A DNA stretch of 45,805 nt, filler included, from Sphacelaria rigidula (Eukaryota): NCBI GenBank assembly GCA_964200075.2. It is 2 parts of 2 records of this genome, joined end to end, with 100 filler letters (N's around TTAATTAATTAA, not from the genome) between each part and the next. Parts side by side here need not be neighbours in the genome. Positions count along the whole stretch, not along the records: positions 22,972 to 45,805 come from CAXNAA020000306.1; 1 more part is not named here. One strand, given 5' to 3'. The notes beneath the pieces were generated by a model, which worked only from the letters and a program-made list of their open reading frames with translations, was not told the DNA's origin and did no database searches. Positions 37,043 to 45,805 of the stretch are shown one piece after another. The number at the start of each line of letters is the position of its first letter. Positions within the stretch are counted from its first letter, which is position 1. The translations under genes were made by a program, and so were the position numbers.

Positions 37043-38598
37043 TATGGCTCTTATATTCAATATCTGACAGACGACGTCGCACCGTTACCGGAAAAGGAGA
37101 CACTGACTTCTATGTCCTACTTTTTGCTTCGTGACGGTATTTTGTTCAGGTCATACTTGCCAGGAAACCTTCGAAAAAAGGCACCGACCGCGATAGACTA
37201 GTGCTACCAGAAGCTCTGGTGAATTTTGTTCTGCACTCACATCACGATCATGTGTTGTCTGGAGGTCACCTTGGATCCAAACCGACGTATGAAAAGATTA
37301 AGAACAAATATTATTGGCCGACATTGAGCCAAGATGTGCGAAAGTGGTGTCAACGTTGCCACTCATGTCAGAGAAGAAAGACGGCCCATAACCGTCCGAA
37401 ATTACCTGTAGGCCACGTACCTGTGAACAGACCTTTCGAGCGGATATCGATAGATCTTGTCGAATACAAGACGATTTCAAATTCGTCAGCCGGTGTGCCG
37501 TGTAAGTATGTAATGCCTGTGATGGATCATCTGACACGATATGCACTGTTTATTCCCATACCGAACAAATCCGCCAATGCGGTGGCAACAATGTTGGTAG
37601 ACCGTGTCTTCACGACATTTGCGATACCCGAAAAAATTCGTTCTGATCGCGGTAAAGAGTTCCAGAACCGGGTAATACACCAGTTGCAGTTGATCCTGAA
37701 GTTTAACAAAACACGCACGACACCATTCCGCCCTCAAGGCAACTCTGTTTCAGAACGCGTACACTCGAATTTTCACGCTATGTTAGCCATGCATAGTACG
37801 GTCGAACAAGAAAGCTGGGCGTCTATGCTACCCTTCGTGCAAATGGCGGATAATACATCATTCAACACCTCAGTGCAAGAAACACCCTATTTTCTCATGT
37901 TCGGACGTCAACCAAAATTACCTGTCGACATTATTTTGGGCATTTCCGAAAAAGGGCACGCTGTGGATGCTGAACAATACGCGAAAGAGACAAAAGAAAA
38001 CTTGCAGATAGCTTTTGAAATTGCAAGACGCAACTTGAAAAAACGAGCAGACAAACAAAAGGCAAGTAATGATAAGCTCAAGCCATGTCCTGTCTTTAAA
38101 CCTGGCCAACAAGTGCTACTCTTCAGGCCACACCAAGACACAGACGGTCCTGATCCAAAGTTGGTATTACCATGGCGGGGGCCATACAAGGTCGTCAAAC
38201 AAATTTCTCCGGTTGTCTATGAGGTCAAGATAAGCGAAGATGCGAAAGAGACGTCAGTATACCTCGCCCACCTTAAGCAATACTATCCACGAGAACGACC
38301 CCCAGCTCCCGAGTTTGACCGACTCGACGAGTATTTCCTACTAGGCAAAAAACTACCCCTGCCCCAACTTGACCGTCCGGAATCAACGAACCCAAGAATT
38401 GAACGTTACATCGTTGACAAGGTGGTGGGCCACAAACGAGGTCCGGGAAGAAAGAGCCATCAAAATTACAAGTACCGTCTCCGTCTTCAAGGCTACGGGC
38501 CGTCAGCAGACTTCGAGTACCGAGCGGACGAGAAACGACAATGTCAAGAACTCATCAACGCATGTCGAATAGAACACAAGTTCGATAATACGCGCTGA
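37043..38598 (+). pseudogene. Integrase (HHCC, DDE, GPY/F) with C-terminal chromodomain
   Basis: HDHVLSGGHLG...CQRCHSC; SIDL, SDRGKEF, GNSVSER; WRGPYKV; YIVDKVVGHK...YRLRLQGYGPSAD. Upstream TAA at 37040 and a frameshift near 37180. Confidence 0.95.
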
Positions 38599-38858
38599 TT
38601 TGATTCGCCATCTCAAAATTCCAAAAAAAAAGGAGAGAGAAAAATATAAGGCGAGCTGAAAAAAAAAAATCGTGTCATACTTACACGACCAACAGAATGT
38701 CTGAAAATAAATAAATGAAACGCGTATCAAATCAGTTCAAGGTAAAGTTAAACGCGCTATCTTGACTCGCCATGTCATAAATCCGGAGAAAAGAGACGAA
38801 ATTATAAGGCGAGCTGGAAAACATAATCGTGCATTACCTACACGACAAACAATAATAT
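38590..38858 (+). repeat. Diverged direct repeat (about 110 bp x2) in the Gypsy 3' UTR
   Basis: acgcgct...tcgccat...tataaggcgagctg...aatcgtg...tacacgac at about 38590-38700 and 38752-38858. Confidence 0.75.
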
Positions 38859-39409
38859 CGGGACAGATCTCACGATCGAAAACAGATCGACGGTGAAGAG
38901 AGACTTGGTCTTTGAATCAAGCTCTTATCAGCATAATAAGGGGAACTTGCTGACAAGGATTGCCGTAAAAGCTCTTTCTACTCCGAGCAAAATGCTCCGA
39001 GAAAAGAAAAGCACATTTTTACCACCGCTGTATCCGATTTCAACCTTTCCCTGGTTACCTAATATATCACGCGGCCACCATAGCTCCACTCCTCTGCAAG
39101 TCATGAGCGGACCTTATTGGTACAAACCGTCGGATACGGTAATCTGTATAGATCGTTCAGCTGATCACTGAACGAAACTTGCACAAAATTTTAAGGAAAA
39201 CAATTTTTTGTCCAATTTTTTCTTCACACGAGCCTGTAGGAGAACGTCGATAAAGTTTATTGGTTAGTGTCTCTCAACACCCAGTGTGACGCGTTCAACT
39301 CCAGGCTACTATAAAGGTATCTCAGAAGCACATACAAATTAGACCCCCAAAAATTATCACTCTCCCGAATGCCTGCCACGAGCCTTCACAGATGGCCTCG
39401 CGGCGCATC

Positions 39410-39422
39410 AAAGGGGGGGTGA
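39410..39422 (+). promoter_or_regulatory. Polypurine tract
   Basis: aaagggggggtga immediately before the 3' LTR. Confidence 0.85.
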
Positions 39423-39798
39423 TGTGGAGATCGCCATTTTTTGGGCATGTGCGGAGAGATTTCCTTTTATGACGTGTAACCTTAACCTAGTGAACGGCTG
39501 TTGCAGGGGTAAGTTTGCAGGAGCCCCGAAACTTCCATATCTGTACAGCCGGATCTGGGACCCCAAGGTAACAGGGATCTTCCCAGCGAGCTGCTGGCTA
39601 TCCCTGGGGATGGCTCTTGACCAAGACTCTCAGACTTCGTCATCGGGCTAACTCGCTCGCTCTCGTCGAGCTTTCCCGAGTGATCCACTTCGCCTCAACC
39701 CCACGACTTACGGTCAATCCTTGACTACATAATCCGAGGGAAATCATTCGCCACCTTCGACGGTTTCCACCGTCACCGGGAGTCTCACGACTTCCACA
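39423..39798 (+). repeat. 3' LTR
   Basis: 376 bp, TG...CA, followed by TAAA. Confidence 0.97.
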
Positions 39799-41533
39799 TA
39801 AACATGTATTCTCTGGCCACGGTCATCCTTACGACCGCCAGTGTGGATCATCCATTGAATTGGCAGCGTTTCATTGTTTTCAGGTTGACAACGAGTATAT
39901 ATGACCCAGATGACCCACCATGGCGGCCAAAGGGTCAAGCTTCATTTCGTGAGGTACACGTCACTAAGTGGGTAAATGGCGGGAAATAGATTGGCCCTCT
40001 CATACCGGTGATTGTGCACGTGTTGACCGACGATAACATCACTCACCTCTAGAAACGGGTCGTGTCGTCTTGCCTTCGGGACCCAGTATCCAGCCTTTTC
40101 GCTCACCGTACTCGTGCAGAAACTGGCGTGAAGAGTTAGTAAGACATGCGTATATGAAGAAGCAGCCTTGGAACGGCAGGTAGTCTCTGAGGCTCGACAA
40201 CAAATAATATGGCATATAGCTTGTTTGGCTGCGGACGAGCGAATTATTGTTGACATCGAATCACCTGGCCGGCAGAGCATCCGTCCCCGGCTGTGCAGCT
40301 GTGGCCAGAGCCCGGACCGAGTCAAGGACTGGTTGATGCTTGGAACGTCCCAGCTTAGAGGCTGGTCTAGGTGGAATAAACAGCTGTTCTTCGCCCATTG
40401 CCAGTGAGGTTCCTCACTGCAGGGATAGAGTGCCGCCAGCTGAATGAGGAGATGACATGTGTAGAGTATTTCGTCACGACCCGACGGTCCTCAGACGCGA
40501 TGGATATCGTGGAAAAGCTGACGGTTACAAATACGAACAATAAAAACAAACGCCTCCTCGCCCCCTGCTCAGCAGATCCTGGAACACTCGCACTGCCACG
40601 CGATACCGGCGCACACCACTTTCGTGAGTGAAGCGGCTATTGGCAGTCCCTGATTAACACAAGGACAAAACATGTTGTTCGGCAACAGGGCCACGGATCT
40701 CGGGAAGTCGACTGATCCAGATGATGATCTATATGAGGACTTCAACTACAGGTACATGCCCCTAGGCAGTGTTTCGATACAACGGTGGTGTGTGACCAGT
40801 TCCGGACGAGGATGCCGCCCATGTCCAAGCACGGCAGTTGCAACGCCTTCAAAATCAGCACCCGAGGATGCACAGCGATATAGCAGCTAATACATAACCT
40901 TGCGTTGCGCAGCATACTGGTTTGTAAGTAGCTCCAGAGTGCTGTAATGCGGTATAGTGATATCGCTCTTGTACCGAACTAGACATACTGCCAGTTGGTA
41001 TAAATATGCTGAGCCGGCTAAGAAAATCACCTTGTGCGGATGTTTTCTTCTTTTGAACGCTGAATTGGGGCGAGCCAAGGATATCATTGTCATTGACTGC
41101 AGTAGTTAAGGTAGTCGCGCGCAGCTATTAGCTTAGAGATCCGCCATGTTGGTGCCGTGAAACTCGCGTCTCCGCGTTGATTCGTCTGAAGATTTCGATT
41201 CAAAACTATTCCGAATTCCTTCAAACTTTTTCGGCGCGTCAACTCCCGAGACGAGAGGGAATGCGGTGAAGGTATAATTCCGTGATTCACCGTGGTTCAA
41301 ATGTGAACGTTTGAGCCGACACCCTGCATTACGCCAGCTTGTATCAGAGCGTCTTTGGCGAAAATACTGTCACTCGGAGCTGATTTTTTCTAGTCGGGAC
41401 AGGGGGCAGCGCGGAGAAAATTTTCGGACACGTAGCCCCCCCCCTCCCCCTCCCAGAGGACATTTTTCGAAATTTTTTATGATTGTTTTGAATATGTTTT
41501 CAGACAACTCTGTCGCAAGAAAATGATCAATGA

Positions 41534-41737
41534 AGGTGTCTCAAACTCGGTTTCCGGTTTCCTGGTTCGTTCTATTTCCCAAATGAAAGCGATGGCGATT
41601 CATCAGATAGATGATGATTCCTTTTGACCGCCAGGTCAGGTCCTCCCACGAATCGCCATCACTTTCACTTGAAAAATAGTACAAAACCCAGAGCTAGCGA
41701 ATGAACCAGGAAACCGGAAACTGAGTTTGAGAAACCT
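41534..41737. mobile_element. MITE (204 bp) with about 39-bp TIRs
   Basis: aggtgtctcaaactcggtttccggtttcctggttcgttc versus aggtttctcaaactcagtttccggtttcctggttcattc; inner inverted pair tgaaag(c/t)gatggcgattc. TSD ambiguous. Confidence 0.8.
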
Positions 41738-42674
41738 CTAATAAACATTGTTTTATTTATTTCTGTTAATTTTGTGAAAAGAAATGGATTAATAAACAAT
41801 GGCAAAGGCCGAAAAGTCTGGTGGGCTTCGCGGGGTTTGCATATTGGCTTCTGCTCCTTAGTATATATTTTGTACACATCATTTCACTTTTTTCACCACT
41901 TTTGCCGAGTTTCCTCAGGCGGCAAGGCATCTTATCACGCGCTTCCTTTTGCAATGCACGAAGAAGGTGCAGCGGTACATTACCTTTCAGGTTTGGGTGT
42001 CATCTGATAGCTGTGGCGCGTGTTCTGGCCATTGAAAGTCGCCCACACTGGCACTTTTTCGCGGGGCGTCGATCCCGGACCACAAAAGCCTCTTCAAGAT
42101 GATGGAAAACTCCAAACAGGAACCTAAACAACAAAAGCCTGTTCATGGCGAGGCATTTCTTTGCGTTCTCGTCGATTCGGGAGCACGAAGACAGCGGTTA
42201 TGCAGCAAATGTCACGAGAACATGAAAGCAAAGCAGTTGAAAACAATTGAAAATTGCCTTCGCCTTAGTCACCAGCAAAAACAAGACCGTGTAAGGAGCC
42301 GTTGGCGAGTTGAACAAGGCACACACGTGAGCAAACGTCCTCACTGTGGGTCAGCTGTGCTCGACAAGCGCAGGGGGGTGACGAAATCCCTGTGATCATG
42401 CAACCCGTAACAGAGAGTACCCTCAAAGGATGCACCGGTGAAGTACCGGCGCAGGAATGTCCTTGTGACAGGGATGACAGAGATGTCCTTGTGACAAGGC
42501 TGCATCCCTGCACAAGTACTTCACAGAGGGGACCTAAAGAAATGTACGTAAACAATGGCTGGTACTATGGAGATGCCCCCAACCCTAACGCTCACCCTAA
42601 CACTAACATCGACCAAGGCATACCGAGAACTCTCGGGCAAGGGGGGTGCAGTTTCTTAGGTAAAACGTGCGTTA

Positions 42675-42743
42675 CGAGAGCTCAAATAGACGCCTTTCGA
42701 GAGCTCAAATCGACGCATTTCGAGAGCTCAGGTTGACGCCTTT
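42675..42743. repeat. Tandem 23-bp repeat x3
   Basis: cgagagctcaaatagacgccttt / cgagagctcaaatcgacgcattt / cgagagctcaggttgacgccttt. Confidence 0.85.
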
Positions 42744-43716
42744 GAGCCGATTTTGGGCTAGAACACGTTCTGAACGACGTGATTCTACTGCTCACCACTG
42801 CTCACCTGCCCCAAATCATGAATTTTCTCAGAACTTTCTTTAGTCCGAAACCAAGTCAAATCGAGTACCAATCGTTGTTTATGTACATTTCTTCAGGTCT
42901 ACCAGTGTTGTACTACAGGCGAATGCATATATGCATGCGCAGATGCATAAGCTTAGACATGTTGAGCGGCTGGACGGCCGATGCGGTGGTAAACTGGCAC
43001 CGGTCTGTACTGCGGCCCTTTCTGGATCATGACCATCTGTAGTGTACCGATCGGTATACAGTCTGTTGAGCTACGCAGTTCATGGCGCACGGTCCTAAGC
43101 GCGCTGCAGCCGCTGCGAGGCGCTGAAACATCGCTCATAAGCTGTGCAAACCACAGCCAGCAGTTCCAAGTCGCTATATCTGGTGCTGTGCGCTGAAGCA
43201 GTGCGCACTAGAGGGCAAAAGGGTAAGATTTTGTTGCGAAAAAAATGTTTTTTCCTTTTGGCGTAACACTGACTTCACAGGAACATCTCTGCGCCGGTAC
43301 TTCACAGGTTAATAACTGTGAGTTAGCCCGCTGCTTCGGTAAGGGCCTTGCGGAGGGGTATTTCGGAACTAAAACGATTACATCACTAATTGACCGATTT
43401 TCCTTCTCGATCGTATCCTCTACTCTCAATCTCACGAACACATCGTTCTATGCAAATGGAGGCTCCCTCATCAGTTGTGTTTGTTCGTCCACGTCTGTTC
43501 ATTTTTCGCGGAGGGCAATATATACCTGCTCGATCGAAGCGGACAAAGCGATGACTCGCGCGCTTCTTCTCCCTTCATTCAACCCATGTGTATTTTGTAC
43601 ATGTATCATTTCACACTTTCACCACTTTTGCCGAGTTTTCGCTGCCAGCAAGGCATTTTTTCCCACGCTTTCTTTTGCAGCGCACTGAGAAGGCATACGA
43701 AGTATATTTTATATTA

Positions 43717-43770
43717 TCGACTTGCGTCATCCCCGGGAGGCCCGTATTAACCTCCCGAAGGGGAACCTTG
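43717..43770 (+). mobile_element. 54-bp Helitron-like module (second copy at 45743-45796)
   Basis: Starts TC, hairpin cgggagg-N10-cctcccg, ends CTTG; sits between A and T in an AT tract; no TSD. Confidence 0.45.
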
Positions 43771-43806
43771 TATAATATATAGTATATAGTGTATATATAG
43801 AATATT

Positions 43807-44153
43807 TCGAACTCACGAGCGTCAAGCATAATTTGTAACGAGGCGTCCACGAGCTTTAGTGCTGGTTTTAGTGTGCAAGTTCCTCCGCACCCGCCCCGAG
43901 AGATGACTGTTCGGGCCAATGCCAATTCTAGGGGTCCGGTAAGCGGATTCGTACTTTACTTTGTCCGGGGGTACACATGCGTTTGCGACCGTTCCAACGG
44001 ACGCGCGATCGCGGTGGTCCTGCAATGTTTCCGGCGAGCATGGACATTTCGAGAGAGGGTCTATTCTCACGAGGGCTTGGCAAGGCAAGAATACCGAGAC
44101 CCTCGGAAAAGACGGACGGGACCGGGGCACAGCCCTGGGTCCCGTACGGCTTG
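43807..44153 (+). mobile_element. Non-autonomous Helitron-like element
   Basis: Starts TC; GC-rich hairpin acgggaccggggc-aca-gccctgggtcccgt near 44116-44145, followed by CTTG (44150-44153) and CTAG (44158-44161); AT-rich flanks. Confidence 0.5.
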
Positions 44154-45742
44154 TAATCTAGAACTTATAATATATAGTATATAACTTATAATATTATATA
44201 TGCTATACAATATATGTACATGTATCATTTCACGTTTTTCACCACTTTTGCCTTGTTTTCTCTGGCAGCAAGGCATCTCATCACGCGCTTTCTTTTGCAG
44301 TGCACGAAGGAGTCGCAGCGGTACATTACCGTTCAGGTTTCGGTGTCATCTGATAGCTGTGGCGCGATTTCTGGCCATCGAAAGTCGCCCGCACTGGCTC
44401 TTTTCGCGGGGTGTCGATCCCAGAACACAAAAGCCTCTACAAGTCCATGAAACACTTCAAGCAGCAGGATGATGGTTGGCGGGGTATCTTTCCTCCGTGT
44501 TTCTCTTCGTTGGGTTCTCGTTCATTTGGGAGCACGAGTACACCGCTTATGCTGCCAACGTCACGACAACATGAGAACAATGCAGTTGAAAACAATTGAA
44601 CATTTTTCCTTGGGCTTAGTCAGCAGCAAACACCAGACCGTGCGATGAGCCTTTGACGAGTTGAACGAAGCACACACGTGGGCAAACGTCCCCACTGTGG
44701 GTCAACTGTGTAAAACAGCAGAGCGGGGTGCCGAAATCCCTGTAGCATGCAACCCGTAGGATGTACCTGTGAAGTACTGGCGCGGGGATATCCTTGTGAC
44801 AGGGTTGAGAGGGAGAATCATACGAGTACGCACCTCATGTATCTTCCGACGGCTTAGTCCAACTCTTATGGAGCGTTTAGAATTTGATTTTGCAATAATT
44901 TTGAACCACTTTTTTTTTTCTTCTTTGTCGTAGTCGTGTATTTTGTGCCCGTCCACCATGATGACAAAGAAAAAAAAAATCCTCTGAAATTGTTGCAAAA
45001 TAATTTTTCAAACGCTCCCATGAGAGTTGGCCTTAGTACTGTATTTTCAATACAAGTCAAGCGTTACTTTGCTTGTGGATTTCTCTGCCGTGTCCAAACA
45101 AACTAGCCTGAAAATTGGCGCAGAGGTAAACCACAACACAGACAGCTTATTCCCGGATCGGCGGCACGTTTTACGGTGCGCCAGACGCACGAAGTCAATA
45201 CGGATTCTGGGCAATGCCATCGATATGCCCTCAAAACGGGGTCCCCTCGGCCCACACTGTGTGAGACGTCAGTGGATGCATATATGGACACGCAGATGCG
45301 CTCACTTCCACATCATGACCTGCTGGGTGGCTCCTGCCCGGCAAACGAGCATCGATTCGTATTTGGTACACTCTGGATGATGTCATTTTCCGCGGTACCT
45401 ATCTTGGTATCGCCTGTAGAGGTACTCACTTCAGGAGGCACGGTCGTGCAAGCGCTGTCAGTACTCCAACGCGCAATGTATATTATGTACATGTATCATT
45501 TCACATTTTCACCGCTTTTGCCGAGTTTTCTCTGGTGACAAGGCATATTTTCCCACACGTCCTATTGCAGCGCACCGAGAAGGCTCAGCGATACGTTACC
45601 GTTCGGGTTTGGGCGCCATCTGATACCTGTGGCGCGTGTTCTGGCCACCGAAAGTCGCTCAAACTGGACCTTTTTCGCGCGGTGTCGATATCGAACCACA
45701 AAAGCCTTCAAGATCGTGGAAAACTGGACAAAATATATATTT

Positions 45743-45796
45743 TCGACTTGCGTCACCCCCGGGAGGCCCGTACCAACCTCTCGAAGGGGAACCTTG
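45743..45796 (+). mobile_element. 54-bp Helitron-like module, copy 2
   Basis: Same length as 43717-43770 with about 4 substitutions; AT tracts on both sides. Confidence 0.45.
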
Positions 45797-45805
45797 TATA
45801 TATTA

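Larger units (their letters stand above)
31855..39798 (+). mobile_element. Full-length Ty3/Gypsy LTR retrotransposon with chromodomain (7944 bp), coding-defective
   Basis: Two 376-bp LTRs TGTGGA...TCCACA; TSD TAAA (31851-31854 / 39799-39802); PBS and PPT; domain order gag-PR-RT-RH-IN-chromodomain. Confidence 0.97.
41865..45730 (+). repeat. Cluster of four same-orientation copies of one repeat family (about 41865-42500, 43588-43696, 44210-44810, 45478-45730)
   Basis: All begin tgtaca...atcatttcac...ttcacc(a/g)cttttgcc...caaggcat; the longer copies share catctgata(g/c)ctgtggcgcg...gaaagtcgc. Confidence 0.85.

Noticed and set aside
39800-40900. Coding-like composition with several short ORFs right of the 3' LTR
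   Set aside because: No identifiable motif in any frame; possibly an old relic but not supportable.
42581-42607. Telomere-like aaccctaac...ccctaacactaac
   Set aside because: Only about four degenerate units, internal; too short to call.
42675-42743. Short direct repeats here and at 11340-11830 and 24200-24540 as possible CRISPR arrays
   Set aside because: No unique spacers, no cas genes, eukaryotic context; explained as tandem or subterminal repeats.

Overview
Repeat-rich eukaryotic genomic DNA, most likely from a brown alga (Ectocarpus-like stramenopile). That assignment is inferred from the intron-containing genes, bipartite plastid-targeting leaders and transposon repertoire, not from a database hit. 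Host genes: a head-to-head pair at 1.8-5.7 kb (first exon of an unknown protein on the minus strand; a 3-exon plastid-type DnaJ zinc-finger protein on the plus strand) and one first exon of a probable ABHD1/2/3-type hydrolase at 17.9 kb. Most of the rest is mobile DNA: (1) a full-length chromodomain-bearing Ty3/Gypsy element at 31855-39798 with 376-bp LTRs differing at one position, a 4-bp TAAA target-site duplication (TSD), and a multiply broken gag-pol; (2) a decayed DIRS/Ngaro-type tyrosine-recombinase retrotransposon at about 25.5-29.6 kb (minus strand); (3) a decayed FEN1/XPG-type nuclease plus 9-Cys CXC reading frame at 12.5-13.8 kb with Academ-transposon architecture, the most unusual find; (4) many MITEs with readable terminal inverted repeats (TIRs) and TSDs (hAT, PIF/Harbinger, piggyBac, Tc1/mariner types); (5) a repeat cluster at 41.8-45.8 kb with Helitron-like TC...hairpin-CTTG modules. 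A synthetic N44-TTAATTAATTAA-N44 linker at 22872-22971 means the two halves of the window need not be adjacent. No rRNA, intact tRNA or CRISPR array was seen. All family calls come from motifs read by eye.
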